A stretch of 64,000 bases of DNA from Dehalococcoidia bacterium (GTDB lineage Bacteria; Chloroflexota; Dehalococcoidia; Plut-88900), in NCBI GenBank assembly GCA_965197645.1, contig OZ240219.1, positions 3,104,001 to 3,168,000 on the forward strand, written 5' to 3'. The notes below the pieces were generated by a model that was not told the origin of the DNA, did not search any database, and saw only the letters and a list, made by a program, of their open reading frames with translations. Numbering within the stretch: the first letter of the stretch is position 1; every line of letters starts with the position of its first letter. Position numbers and translations under genes: made by a program. Positions 31,371 through 41,798 of the stretch are shown one piece after another.

Positions 31371-32036
31371 GTGAGCGACCATGTTTACATCTTTTTGGAC
31401 GAAGCAGGCAATTTAGACTTTACTGCTACGGGCTCCCGCTACTTCGTACTAACCAGCATTAGTATCAAGAGGCCGTTCTCTTGGTTTGGCGCACTTGACG
31501 ACTTGAAATACGACTGCCTTGAAGTGGGTCTGAAGAACGATGTTTTCCATTGTTCCGAGGACAATAGACATGTACGTAACAGGGTATTCGACATCATAGC
31601 CATGAATCTCAACGGTCTCGAGATTGACAGCCTCATTGTGGATAAGCGAAAAATTGGCCCAGCGCTGAGAGCGCCTAACCGGTTCTATCCGGAGATGCTG
31701 GGGTATCTCCTGAAGTTCGTAGTGCCGCGGCAATTGAGATCGGATAGCGATGAAGTGGCTGTGATTACTGACAACTTGCCACTGAGTAGCAAGCGGAAAA
31801 CCATCGAAAAGTCAATCAAGCTCGCTCTTGCGAAGATGATGCCCTCGATGTATCGACGATACCAAGTTCTTCATCACAACTCTAGGGCGCACTATGGGCT
31901 TTAAGTGGCAGATTACTGCTGCTGGGCCGTGTTCAGGAAGTGGGAACGGGAGGACAGTACCTACTTCAGCAAGATCGAACCGGCAATAAACAGTGAGTTA
32001 GATATCTTTCGAGACGGAATGATCTATTACTACTGA
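31371..32036 (+). pseudogene. DUF3800 family protein with one in-frame TAA at 31902-31904
   Basis: N-terminal YIFLDEAG; the same frame continues past the stop as GL*VADYCCWAVFRKWE...YYY to TGA 32034-32036, restoring the LQxAD motif if TAA was CAA. Confidence 0.85.
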
Positions 32037-32052
32037 GTCGGAGAAGCGGAGT

Positions 32053-32125
32053 AAAATGACCCCCCTGACTACCTCCTTGAATTGGAGGAGAGCCCCTTGG
32101 GCTCTTGTCATCAGGGGGGGAACCT
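32053..32125 (+). ncRNA. Candidate DUF3800-associated structured RNA
   Basis: Stem CCCCCCTGA(32060-68)/TCAGGGGGG(32111-19) encloses hairpins CCTCC/GGAGG and AGAGCCC/GGGCTCT; ATGAC(32056-60) is complementary to GTCAT(32107-11). Confidence 0.6.
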
Positions 32126-32267
32126 TTGTACGAAGCTAACATGCTTCCGTGCTAGGTGTCAACCCCCAGGTTGACACAAACACCTGTGCTATTGACCCTC
32201 ACGCTAGTGCTAATCAGTTTGTAGAATACCCATCCGAGCAAGGGGACGGGGAGCCTGCGGGTGGAAT

Positions 32268-32512
32268 CCAGGGAGTCCAGAGGGCTTCCCTCTGGCAAGG
32301 GGTTTGGGGGATGTGCCCCCAAAATAAAAACGTCCCAGGGCGGGTGGGAGGGCAAAACAACCTGGGGCGGGATGTCGCCCTTTCTTCTCTCATGTTATGG
32401 GTGCAGGGCTTCGCCCTGCCTCTGGCAGGGAGGTTGGGGGGTGTCCTCCCAATATACAAAACGTCCAAGGGTGGGTGGGACGGCAAACCAACCCTGGGGT
32501 GGGGCGGGACGG
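32268..32512 (-). repeat. Composite repeat: two tandem copies of the MITE core
   Basis: GGGAGTCCAGAGGGCTTCCCTCTGGCA..GGGGGATGTGCCCCC..GGGCGGGTGGGA is the reverse complement of the MITE interior; mirrors 47385-47690. Confidence 0.8.
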
Positions 32513-33292
32513 CTAGGACAGCCTCGCAGTTAGATCGATGATCTTTTCCGGGTCCTCGTAGGGCATGGCCGACTTTACCGACCGTTGCCGGGCAATCGAC
32601 TCCAACCTTTCTATGCCCCGCCTCGTATCGCTGGCAACCCGAGCCGGATCGTTCTTCAGCACCCGGTACTTGAACAGCCAGTAGGTGAACTCCTTCAGCT
32701 GCATAGCGGAAAGGGTCCCGTTGTCTTCGTACTCCTTCTCGCTGAGGAACGCCTTGAGCAGGTCCGTCTTGGAGGCGCCGTACACCCTGCCGCAAGCCTC
32801 GTTGCCCACGTCCTTGCGTTGGGGCATACCTCGGGCCAACCGCTCCTTGTGGATGCTCTCTTCAACTGCATCCAGCAAAGCGCCCTCCACGTCTATTCCG
32901 TACCAGTAGTTCAGCAAGGCGGTGTACTTGGCGCTTCCCACCAGACGTTTAAACTCCTCGGGGGTCAGCTCCAGGGGCGCCCGGGTCTCGAAGAGGAGCC
33001 GCTCCTCTTCCTCCTGGGGAATCAGCCCATCGATGGAATCGCACAGCCGCTCGGCCAGCAGTAGCCAGTCGAACGCCTCGTCAGCTATGAGGTATTTGTA
33101 GTGCTGGCCCTTGTAGACCTCTTCCGGTGCGGTCCAAAGCTGAACGGCGCCGAGCAGGGCTACGTACCAGTGCTCGCCGTTGGTTATGGACTCTCCAAAA
33201 TGGCGGACAGCCTCGTCGGCCGCGGCCTGACCGCTGAAAGACATGCCGGAATCCAGCTGCTGCCCATTGTCTTTTGCATTGTTCTTCGCCAT
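32513..33292 (-). CDS. Hypothetical protein (259 aa)
   Basis: Abuts polX stop; ordered protein-like sequence (EAFDWLLLAERL, FTYWLFKYR); function not recognised. Confidence 0.8.
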   Translation of the reverse strand: MAKNNAKDNGQQLDSGMSFSGQAAADEAVRHFGESITNGEHWYVALLGAVQLWTAPEEVYKGQHYKYLIADEAFDWLLLAERLCDSIDGLIPQEEEERLLFETRAPLELTPEEFKRLVGSAKYTALLNYWYGIDVEGALLDAVEESIHKERLARGMPQRKDVGNEACGRVYGASKTDLLKAFLSEKEYEDNGTLSAMQLKEFTYWLFKYRVLKNDPARVASDTRRGIERLESIARQRSVKSAMPYEDPEKIIDLTARLS

Positions 33293-35044
33293 CTAGGTAG
33301 CCGCTGACACAGGCTCTCGGCGCCTGTTGAAATAGGCCAAAAGCTCGCCGGCGCTCTTGGTGTTCAATATGTGCTTCGCCTCGCACCATCCCCTTCGAGC
33401 TATGGAGACGCCAAGGTCAAGGTTATCGAACTGCTCGACGGCGTGGGAGTCGGAATCTATCACCATGGGCACACCCATCTCCCGAGACCTGTAGATGTAG
33501 CTGTCCTTCAGGTCCAAACGGGAGGGCTGGGCGTCGATCTCCAGGACCGTTCCCGTCTCCAACGCAGTCCTGAAGATGGCATCGATATCCAGCTCCACCG
33601 GCTCTCTACCCCCTATCAATCGACAGGTGGGATGCCCGATTACATCGACGTGAGGGTTGTGCATCGCCTTGATGATACGCTCGGTCATTACCTCGCTGCT
33701 CTGGCCCATGGCCGAGTGGACCGAACCCACCACGACGTCCAGTTTCTCCAGCAGGGCGTCCGGATAGTCCATGGTCCCATCTGCCCGTATGTCGACCTCG
33801 GAGCCGGTCAGCAGCTCGATGCCGTCCATCCGGCTGTTCAGCTCCCTAACCCGATTTATCTGCTCCAGCAGCCGCTCCTCGTTGAGCCCGTTGGCTATGC
33901 CCCTACCTACCGAGTGATCGGTGATGGCTACATACTCCAGGCCCGATTCTCGGGCCGATAGTGCCATCTCTTCCAGGGAGTGCCGGCCATCGCTGGCAGT
34001 AGTGTGGGCGTGTAGGTCGCCCTTGACGTCTCCTGTCTCCAGAAGCTTGGGCAGCGCCCCCTCGGCAGCCATCTCTATCTCACCCAATCCCTCTCGGAGC
34101 TCCGGGGGTATGTACTGGAGGCCCAATCGTTCGTAAAATTCCTCCTCCGTGGCGTATTTTTCGCTCTCGCCGGACTCCACGTCGGTGATGCCATACTCGT
34201 TGAGGCTGAGGCCCTGCCGCCGGGCCCGCTCCCGCAGCAGGACGTTGTGTTGCTGGCTGCCGGTAAAGTACTGGATTAGAGATCCGTATGCATCGTCCTC
34301 CACGATCCTGAGGTCGACCTGTATCCCCTTGTGCACCAGGACGCTGGCCTTCTTTGGCCCGTGCACCAGCACCTCGCTGACCACGGGCAGCGCGACCAAG
34401 GCGTCGATGACCGCTTCCGGGTCCTCGGCTGTGCCCATGATATCCACGTCGCCGATGGTCTCTCGGTATCTGCGCAGACTTCCCGCCGGCGCCAGCTGGT
34501 GTACCCCGGGACAGTTTCGCAGCTCTCCTATGATCTCGCGAACTACGGAGAGGGCCTGCCACAGGGGGATTCGTCGGTCCTTGGTGCCGAGGGTGCGGAC
34601 GTGGCGGAGGATGTTGGTCGCTGCCTTCTCGCCCAGGCCCGGCAACCCGGCTACCGCCCCCGACTCCAAGCCCTTCTCCAGCTCCTCCACGGTCGAGATG
34701 CCCAGCTCACCGCTGATCTTGAGCGCCGTCTTGGGCCCGATGCCGGGCACATCGATGAGGGTGATGACTCCTTCGGGGAACTGGGCCTTGAGCTTCTCGT
34801 AGAATTCCAGCTTGCCGGTGGTCAAGAGCTCCTGCAGCTTCTTGTTGATGGCCGCGCCCACACCCGGGACTTGGGATAAGCCCTTCTCGCCGTCTTGCTG
34901 GAATATCTGGGCCAGCTCCATGGGGTGATGGTCGATGGCCCGAGCAGCCTTCTGATAGGCGCGTATCTTGAAGACCACCTCTCCCTTCAGCTCGAGGAGA
35001 TCCCCTATGTTGTTGAATACGGCTGCCAGTTCAGCGTTGTTCAT
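33293..35044 (-). CDS. polX: DNA polymerase X with PHP domain
   Basis: AGSLRR..ETIGDVDI, YFTGS..HN, GDLHAHT..SDG, ITDHS, SDSH. Confidence 0.95.
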   Translation of the reverse strand: MNNAELAAVFNNIGDLLELKGEVVFKIRAYQKAARAIDHHPMELAQIFQQDGEKGLSQVPGVGAAINKKLQELLTTGKLEFYEKLKAQFPEGVITLIDVPGIGPKTALKISGELGISTVEELEKGLESGAVAGLPGLGEKAATNILRHVRTLGTKDRRIPLWQALSVVREIIGELRNCPGVHQLAPAGSLRRYRETIGDVDIMGTAEDPEAVIDALVALPVVSEVLVHGPKKASVLVHKGIQVDLRIVEDDAYGSLIQYFTGSQQHNVLLRERARRQGLSLNEYGITDVESGESEKYATEEEFYERLGLQYIPPELREGLGEIEMAAEGALPKLLETGDVKGDLHAHTTASDGRHSLEEMALSARESGLEYVAITDHSVGRGIANGLNEERLLEQINRVRELNSRMDGIELLTGSEVDIRADGTMDYPDALLEKLDVVVGSVHSAMGQSSEVMTERIIKAMHNPHVDVIGHPTCRLIGGREPVELDIDAIFRTALETGTVLEIDAQPSRLDLKDSYIYRSREMGVPMVIDSDSHAVEQFDNLDLGVSIARRGWCEAKHILNTKSAGELLAYFNRRREPVSAAT

Positions 35045-35117
35045 ACAGTTCTCATGCCCGGCTAGGGATAGGTGCGCATTTTTTCCCGGCAGCTGCCGCC
35101 CATTAGCTCAGCCCCCT

Positions 35118-37760
35118 CTACCCACCGTGGCACCGCTTGTACTTCTTGCCACTGCCGCAGGGACAGGGATCGTTGCGGCCGACCTTGCCGAGGGCCACAG
35201 AGCTCGTCCCCTGTTTGGCTTCTCCAGCCGGCTGGGCGGACACCGTGGCAGGCTTCATCCTTGTGCCCCCGTTTTGCATCTGCCCCGGCCCGGCCTGCTG
35301 GCCATTTGCCCCTTTCCTCACGTCGATATGGAAGATGGTCCTCACGATTCCCGTACGAATGCGAGCGGTCAACTCCTGGAACATCTCGTGGCCCTGGCGC
35401 TTGAAGGCGACCAGCGGGTCCCTCTGGCCGTAAGCCTGCAGGAAAATGCCCTGGCGCAGTTGCTCCATGGCCGTGAGGTGGTCGACCCAGTGGGTATCGA
35501 TACTTCGAAACATGACCGCCCGCTCGATAGCCCGCATTGCATCGGGCCCGGCCTTCTCCTCCAGGGCTTGATAGACGGACTCGGCTCGCTCCAGGAGCAG
35601 CTCCTCGATCTCGGTCCTGGATAGCTCGGCCAGCTTCTCGGCGTTTATCTCCGGAGGCAGAGGCAGCAGGCCCAGGACACTGGCGATCAGGCCCTCGACA
35701 TCCCAATCGTCGCCGTGCTCATCGCTGAGGTGGCCGTAGACGTTTTCAACGATCTCGGTTTCGATCATCTCCTTGATGTTGGCCTTCAGGTCGGCTTCTT
35801 GCAGGATCAGGCGGCGCTGGTTGTATATGACCTCCCTGTGGTTGTTGGCCACGTCATCGTACTCGACGAGCCGTTTTCTGATATCGAAGTTGTACCCTTC
35901 CACCTTGGTCTGCGCGCTCTCGACCGACTTGTTAATCCACCGGTGCTCTACGGGAGCGTCATCTTCGATGCCGGCCCAACCCATGATCGACTTGATCTTG
36001 TCGCCTCCAAACCGGCGCATCAATTCGTCTTCCAGGGAGATGTAGAACCGGGACCCACCCGGGTCCCCCTGGCGGCCGGACCTTCCCCGGAGCTGGTTAT
36101 CAATTCGCCGGGCCTCGTGGCGCTCCGTGCCGATGATATGCAGTCCGCCCAGCTCCACTACCTTATCGTGCTCATCCTGCCAGTCCTGGGGAACTCTTCC
36201 ATCGGGGCGGCCTCCAAGGATGATATCCGTGCCTCGGCCGGCCATGTTGGTGGCCACAGTAACGGCGCCGATCCGGCCTGCCTGGGACACTATCATCGCC
36301 TCCCGCTCATGGTGCTTGGCGTTGAGCACCTGGTGGACGATCCCGGCCTTGGTCATCATCTTGCTCAGGTGCTCGGACCTTTCGACGGAGGCTGTGCCTA
36401 TCAGAACGGGGGCGCCTTCATTGTGAAGCTCCTCTACGTCCCGCACCACGGCCTGGTATTTCCCCTCTTCCGACTTGAAGATCTGATCTGCCTGGTCCCC
36501 TCTTACCATCGGCATGTGGGTGGGGATAGTCACCACATCCAGAGTGTATATCTTGTAGAACTCCTCGGACTCTGTGACGGCGGTGCCCGTCATTCCGGCC
36601 AGCTTTTCGTACAGCCGGAAGTAGTTCTGCAGCGTGATGGTGGCCAGGGTTATGCTCTCCCGTTTGATCTGGAGGCCCTCCTTGGCCTCGATGGCCTGAT
36701 GAAGGCCGTCCGAATAGCGGCGCCCCTCCATAAGCCGGCCGGTAAACTCGTCGACGATGATCGCCTCGCGGTCCTTGACCATGTAATCGACGTCCCGCTG
36801 GTAGACCGCGTAAGCTCTCAGGGCGTTTTCCAGATAGTGGGTCAGGGCGTAGTTCTGGGGGTCGTACAGGTTGGAGAGCTTGAGCATCGCCTCCACCCTG
36901 GTGATCCCGTCCTGGGTCAGGGATACCGAGCGGGACTTTTCGTCGATGGTGTAGTCCTTCTCCCGTTCGAGCTGAGGCACGAGGCGGGCCATCGTCTGGT
37001 AGGCCTGGGGGGACTTAGCCGCCTCGCCGCTGATGATCAGGGGGGTCCGGGCCTCGTCGATCAGGATGTTGTCGACCTCGTCCACGATGGCGAAGTGGAG
37101 CTCTTGCTGCACCATTTGCGCCTTGGTCTGGACCATGTTGTCGCGAAGGTAGTCGAACCCGAACTCATTGTTGGTGCCGTAGGTGATGTCGGCCTCGTAG
37201 GCCTCCTGGCGGGACACGGGGGTCAAGTTGTTCAGGGACGGGTCTTCCGTCTCGGATGCGGGATTGAAGAGATAGGCCGTATCGTGCTGGAGGCAGGCCA
37301 CGGTCAGACCCAGCAGATGATAGATCGGCCCCATCCACTGGGTATCCCTTTTCGCCAGGTAATCGTTGACCGTTACCAGGTGTGCCCCGCGACCGGTCAA
37401 CGCGTTGAGGTACATGGGCAGGGTGGCCACCAGGGTCTTGCCTTCGCCGGTCTTCATCTCGGCCACCCGGCCGCTGTGGAGCACCATACCGCCCATGAGC
37501 TGGACATCATAGTGACGCTGGCCGAGGGTGCGCTTGGCAGCCTCCCTTACCGCGGCAAAGGCATCGGGGATAAGGTAGTCCAGCGACTCGCCTTCGTCCA
37601 GGCGGGCGCGGAACTCGTTGGTCTTATTGCGGAGATCCGTATCGGACAGGGCTTCGAATTCGGGCTCGAGACCATTTATGGCGTCGACGACCGGCTCCAG
37701 GCGCGACAGCTCCCGCTCATTGCTATCGCCGGCCAACTTCGAAAGAATTTTGAAAACCAT
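35118..37760 (-). CDS. secA: Preprotein translocase subunit SecA
   Basis: MKTGEGKT, DEVDNILIDEARTPLIISG, QLRGRSGRQGDPG, SEC-C motif. Confidence 0.98.
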   Translation of the reverse strand: MVFKILSKLAGDSNERELSRLEPVVDAINGLEPEFEALSDTDLRNKTNEFRARLDEGESLDYLIPDAFAAVREAAKRTLGQRHYDVQLMGGMVLHSGRVAEMKTGEGKTLVATLPMYLNALTGRGAHLVTVNDYLAKRDTQWMGPIYHLLGLTVACLQHDTAYLFNPASETEDPSLNNLTPVSRQEAYEADITYGTNNEFGFDYLRDNMVQTKAQMVQQELHFAIVDEVDNILIDEARTPLIISGEAAKSPQAYQTMARLVPQLEREKDYTIDEKSRSVSLTQDGITRVEAMLKLSNLYDPQNYALTHYLENALRAYAVYQRDVDYMVKDREAIIVDEFTGRLMEGRRYSDGLHQAIEAKEGLQIKRESITLATITLQNYFRLYEKLAGMTGTAVTESEEFYKIYTLDVVTIPTHMPMVRGDQADQIFKSEEGKYQAVVRDVEELHNEGAPVLIGTASVERSEHLSKMMTKAGIVHQVLNAKHHEREAMIVSQAGRIGAVTVATNMAGRGTDIILGGRPDGRVPQDWQDEHDKVVELGGLHIIGTERHEARRIDNQLRGRSGRQGDPGGSRFYISLEDELMRRFGGDKIKSIMGWAGIEDDAPVEHRWINKSVESAQTKVEGYNFDIRKRLVEYDDVANNHREVIYNQRRLILQEADLKANIKEMIETEIVENVYGHLSDEHGDDWDVEGLIASVLGLLPLPPEINAEKLAELSRTEIEELLLERAESVYQALEEKAGPDAMRAIERAVMFRSIDTHWVDHLTAMEQLRQGIFLQAYGQRDPLVAFKRQGHEMFQELTARIRTGIVRTIFHIDVRKGANGQQAGPGQMQNGGTRMKPATVSAQPAGEAKQGTSSVALGKVGRNDPCPCGSGKKYKRCHGG

Positions 37761-37766
37761 GTGCCG

Positions 37767-38708
37767 TTACTCGAACAGGGCCCCAACCGACTCGCCTCCG
37801 TGGATTCGGCGAATAGCCTCACCCAACAGGGGTGCCATGGAGAGCACTGTTACCTTTCCGTTTGTTTGTCCGTCCTGTATCGGGACCGTATCGGAAACCA
37901 CCAGCTCCTTGATGTTGGCGCCGGACAATCGCTCTGAGGCCCGTCCGGCGAACACGGGGTGGGTACAGCTGGAATAGACGGCCCTGGCACCCATGGCTTC
38001 CAGGGCCTCTACAGCCGATACCAAAGAGCCGCCGGTCACTATCTCGTCGTCGAGGGTTATAGCCGTCTTGCCGGCGACGTCACCGATGACGTTCATACTC
38101 TCGGCCTCGGACTGGTTGTCCACCCGCCTCTTTTCCACTATGGCCAGGGGCACGTTCATGCGTTCGGCCATCTTTCTGGCATTCTTGGCAGCCCCGACAT
38201 CCGTAGCGACTACGACGACATCTTCCAGCCCCTTCTCCTCGAAATAAGTGCTCAGAATGGGCAGGGCCGTTAGCTCATCCACCGGTATGTTGAAGAACCC
38301 CTGAATCTGACCGGCGTGGAGGTCAACCGTGAGCAGTCTATTGGCTCCGGCGGTGGTAATGATGTCGGCGACGAGCCTAGCGGTGATGGGGACTCGAGGC
38401 TGGTCCTTCTTATCGGTGCGGCCGTAGCCGTAGTAGGGGACCACGGCGGTGATCCGTTTCGCCGAAGCCCTCTTGGCCGCATCGATCATTATGAGCAGCT
38501 CCATGATGCTCTTGTTCACCGGCGAACAGATTGGCTGGACCAGAAACACGTCCCGCTCGCGTATGTTTTCCAGGATCTTTACGAAGATGTTTTCGTTGGG
38601 GAACTCGAACACCTCGGCGTTACCCAGTGGTGTGCTTAGGTACTTGCAGATGTCGTCGGCCAGCTTGGGATGTGCATTACCGGTGAACACCTTGAGCTCG
38701 TCTCTCAC
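37767..38708 (-). CDS. prs: Ribose-phosphate pyrophosphokinase
   Basis: PYYGYGR.DKK, DLHAGQIQGFF, DDEIVTGGS; GTG start at 38708. Confidence 0.96.
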   Translation of the reverse strand: MRDELKVFTGNAHPKLADDICKYLSTPLGNAEVFEFPNENIFVKILENIRERDVFLVQPICSPVNKSIMELLIMIDAAKRASAKRITAVVPYYGYGRTDKKDQPRVPITARLVADIITTAGANRLLTVDLHAGQIQGFFNIPVDELTALPILSTYFEEKGLEDVVVVATDVGAAKNARKMAERMNVPLAIVEKRRVDNQSEAESMNVIGDVAGKTAITLDDEIVTGGSLVSAVEALEAMGARAVYSSCTHPVFAGRASERLSGANIKELVVSDTVPIQDGQTNGKVTVLSMAPLLGEAIRRIHGGESVGALFE

Positions 38709-38849
38709 ACTGCTACCCCCTTTGAATTTCGAGTGCCGCTCACCGTCCCGCCGGCCTGTCCGGTGTAGTTCCGACGGTCGATCAGGGTTACAAACACTAT
38801 CAGAAGCAAGCCCGCCCGAAAACAACGTGGCTGGGCATGGACGTTAGCA

Positions 38850-38858
38850 ATTATATCA
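38850..38858 (-). promoter_or_regulatory. Extended -10 promoter element upstream of prs
   Basis: Minus strand TGATATAAT. Confidence 0.5.
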
Positions 38859-38920
38859 TAGCTCTCGCCCCACTCGACTTGGGAGACGTGGTGTCAAACC
38901 TTATTTTACAGGCAACGCAA

Positions 38921-38956
38921 AGCGGCCCCGTCCTTCCCGAGAAGGACGGGGCCGCT
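38921..38956 (-). terminator. Probable terminator hairpin after the clp ATPase gene
   Basis: Perfect 16-bp stem AGCGGCCCCGTCCTTC/GAAGGACGGGGCCGCT with a 4-nt loop; U-tract short. Confidence 0.7.
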
Positions 38957-38976
38957 GCCTGATATTCTCACCGCGG

Positions 38977-41424
38977 CTAATGAACTGCCGCCCCCACCTT
39001 TTCAGCGACATTGAAGACCAGTTCATCGTCGCCGGCGTCCACGATTACCTCGGTCCCGTCCATGTATTCATCAGCCAATATCTTCCTGGCCATGGGAGTC
39101 TCTACGTACCTCTGGATAGTCCTCTTTAGCGGCCTCGCCCCGAAGGCGGGGTCGTAACCCTTTTGGGAGAGCCAGGACCTGGCCGCATCCGTCAGCTGTA
39201 CCGTTATCCCGTTCTCAAGAAGCCGCCCCTGCACCTCTATCATCAGCAGGTCTACGATCTTCCCGAGCTGCTCCTGGGTGAGCCGGTGGAAAACGATTAT
39301 CTCGTCGATCCGGTTCAGGAACTCGGGGCGGAAGGCCTGTTTCAACGCCTTCTGAACGTTTGCCCTGAGCCGCTCCTCGTCGGCTACCGTGGTTTCGGTC
39401 TGGCGGAACCCGAAGCTTTCTTGCTGGAACTCGATGGTGCCGATGTTGCTGGTCATTATGACCACGGTGTTGGAGAAGTCCACCGTTCGACCGTGACCAT
39501 CGGTCAGCCGGCCGTCCTCCAGTATCTGCAACAGGACGCCGAAGACATCCGGGTGCGCCTTCTCGATTTCATCGAACAACACCACCCGGTACGGGTGCCT
39601 CCTGACCGCCTCGGTGAGCTGTCCCGCCTCATCGTACCCCACGTATCCGGGAGGGGCGCCGATCAACCTGGACACCGTATGCTTCTCCATGTACTCCGAC
39701 ATGTCGATGCGGACCATGTTGTCCTCGTCGTCGAAAAGGTATCCGGTGAGGGCCCGGGCCAGCTCGGTCTTGCCTACGCCGGTGGGGCCGAGGAAGATGA
39801 AGCTGCCGATGGGCCGCTTGTGGTCTTTGAGGCCGGCCCTCGCCCTCCGGATCGCTTCGGACACGCCTGCGATGGCTTCCGTCTGACCGATGACCCTTTC
39901 CTGCAGCCGCTCCTCCATCTGGAGCAGCTTCTCCGCCTCGCCCTCGAGGATCTGGGTCAAGGGTATCCCGGTCCACTTGGATATGATTTCTCCGATGTCT
40001 CCTTCATCCACCACTTCATCCAGCTTCTCGCTGAGGAGCCAGGCCTGGCGGGCCTCGGAGCATCTGCTCTCCAGGGCCAGGCGTTGAGCCTTTAGCTCCG
40101 CCCCCTTCTGAAAGTCATTCAGCTGGGCCGCGCTCTCCTCCTGGTTGGCGAGGGCCTCTATCCCTCGCTCCATCCCCTTGACCTCATCGGGAGCGCTCTC
40201 CATATCGATGCGAAGCTTGCTGGAGGCCTCGTCTATCAGATCGATGGCCTTGTCGGGCAGGAACCTGTCCGAAATGTAGCGATCGCCAAGCTTGGCCGCC
40301 GCCGTCAGCGCCGAATCATCGATCTCGATCTTGTGATGGGCCTCATACCGCGGCTTCAGTCCCCTGAGCATTTCGATGGTGTCTTCAATGCTGGGCTCCT
40401 CAACCTGCACCGGCTGGAAACGCCGCTCCAGGGCAGCGTCCTTCTCTATGTACTTCCGGTACTCCTCCAGGGTTGTAGCGCCGACGCACTGGAGCTCACC
40501 CCGGGCCAGTGCCGGTTTCAGCATGGAGCTGGCATCGATGGAGCCTTCGGCGGCGCCCGCTCCCACCACGGTGTGAATCTCATCGATGAACAGGACTATT
40601 TCGCCGTGGGCGCGCTTAATTTCATCCATGACGGCCTTCAACCGCTCCTCGAACTCGCCCCGGAACTTGCTGCCGGCCACCAGGGAGGCCATATCCAGCG
40701 ATATCACCTTCCTGCCCTTCAGCGAGTCGGGCACATCGTCAGCCACGATTCTCTGGGCGAGACCCTCGGCGATGGCCGTCTTGCCGACGCCCGCCTCCCC
40801 AACTATCACCGGGTTGTTCTTGGTACGACGGGTAAGCACCTGCATGACCCGCCTGATCTCCTCGTCCCGCCCGATAACCGGGTCCACCTTGCCCTCTCTC
40901 GCCTGCTCCGTCAGGTCTATGCTGTATTTCTCCAAGGCCCGGTACTTGCTCTCCGCCCTCTGATCGGTTACCCGCTGTGACCCTCTGATATCCTGCAAAG
41001 CCTGGTACACCTTCTCCTGGTCCACCGCGAAGGCCCTCAGTATCTCTGCAGCATCGCCGGTGCGTTCAGCTACAACCGCTATCAGAAGGTGCTCCACGCC
41101 AATGTACTCATCAGTGAGCCGCTGGGCCTCGGCCTCGGCCTGCTTCATCAGCTGCTGGACCCTGGGAGTGATGTATATCTGGCCGGTCTGCTCGTCCAAC
41201 TTGGGGGCTTTCTCTAGCGCCTCGTTGACCTTGCTCCGCACGAGGTCCGCATCTACCCCTAGCTTTGCCAGTATCTCCAAGGTCAGGCCACCCTGCTGCT
41301 GCAATAGGGCCAGCAGAATATGCTCCACGTCCCACTGGGTATGGCCCATCTCTCTCACCATCTCCTGGGAGGCGGCCAACACCTCCTGGGCCTGTTCCGT
41401 GAATCTGTCCTGTTTGAAAACCAT
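38977..41424 (-). CDS. Hsp100/Clp AAA+ ATPase (ClpB/ClpC family; short middle domain, ClpC-like)
   Basis: Clp-N repeats, [37 protein letters not shown]; 815 aa. Confidence 0.93.
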   Translation of the reverse strand: MVFKQDRFTEQAQEVLAASQEMVREMGHTQWDVEHILLALLQQQGGLTLEILAKLGVDADLVRSKVNEALEKAPKLDEQTGQIYITPRVQQLMKQAEAEAQRLTDEYIGVEHLLIAVVAERTGDAAEILRAFAVDQEKVYQALQDIRGSQRVTDQRAESKYRALEKYSIDLTEQAREGKVDPVIGRDEEIRRVMQVLTRRTKNNPVIVGEAGVGKTAIAEGLAQRIVADDVPDSLKGRKVISLDMASLVAGSKFRGEFEERLKAVMDEIKRAHGEIVLFIDEIHTVVGAGAAEGSIDASSMLKPALARGELQCVGATTLEEYRKYIEKDAALERRFQPVQVEEPSIEDTIEMLRGLKPRYEAHHKIEIDDSALTAAAKLGDRYISDRFLPDKAIDLIDEASSKLRIDMESAPDEVKGMERGIEALANQEESAAQLNDFQKGAELKAQRLALESRCSEARQAWLLSEKLDEVVDEGDIGEIISKWTGIPLTQILEGEAEKLLQMEERLQERVIGQTEAIAGVSEAIRRARAGLKDHKRPIGSFIFLGPTGVGKTELARALTGYLFDDEDNMVRIDMSEYMEKHTVSRLIGAPPGYVGYDEAGQLTEAVRRHPYRVVLFDEIEKAHPDVFGVLLQILEDGRLTDGHGRTVDFSNTVVIMTSNIGTIEFQQESFGFRQTETTVADEERLRANVQKALKQAFRPEFLNRIDEIIVFHRLTQEQLGKIVDLLMIEVQGRLLENGITVQLTDAARSWLSQKGYDPAFGARPLKRTIQRYVETPMARKILADEYMDGTEVIVDAGDDELVFNVAEKVGAAVH

Positions 41425-41439
41425 TGCTTACCCCCTTCC

Positions 41440-41796
41440 CTATCCTTCAACGTCTCCGGTTGACTCTGCATCAACTACCTGGCGATCGCGACCCGCGACC
41501 CGAGCCAGTTCGGCCTCCAGGTCCCGAATCTTCTCTTCCATATCCCTGATCCTGTTGGCCATGTGGAGTATCACCTCCACTCCTGCAAGGTTGACTCCCA
41601 GATCGTCCACCAACGATTTGATGCGCCGTAGCTGCTCAACGTCCCGGGGCGAATAGAAACGTGTGTTACCTTGAGAGCGGGACGGCTTGATCAGCCCGGC
41701 CCTCTCGTAATATCTGAGGGTCTGCACGTGCACGCCCACCATTTGTGCGGCAATGCTGATTACGTAGCGCGGTGCTCTCCAGTCGTCAAAGGCCAT
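41440..41796 (-). CDS. hspR: Heat-shock repressor HspR (MerR family)
   Basis: YVISIAA..VGVH.QTLRYYER.GL, LGVNLAGVE.I; between dnaJ and clp. Confidence 0.88.
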   Translation of the reverse strand: MAFDDWRAPRYVISIAAQMVGVHVQTLRYYERAGLIKPSRSQGNTRFYSPRDVEQLRRIKSLVDDLGVNLAGVEVILHMANRIRDMEEKIRDLEAELARVAGRDRQVVDAESTGDVEG

Positions 41797-41798
41797 GT

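Noticed and set aside
31902-31904. Programmed readthrough or recoding of the DUF3800 stop
   Set aside because: TAA is used as a normal stop elsewhere in the window and no recoding signal is evident; a point mutation or error is simpler.
32149-32541. ORFs in repeat clusters (32149-32541, 47411-47671, 19779-20105, 23955-24200)
   Set aside because: They are translations of non-coding repeat modules; their mutual similarity reflects the DNA repeat.
35715-37937. 740-aa + strand ORF, and similar long antisense ORFs (5827-7203, 47835-49040, 17691-18704, 43532-44632)
   Set aside because: They lie wholly opposite well-supported genes, have no motifs, and are expected shadows of GC-rich codon usage.
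38709-38845. PRPP (ykkC-type) riboswitch upstream of prs
   Set aside because: The leader is GC-rich with some pairing, but the ykkC core sequences are not present.
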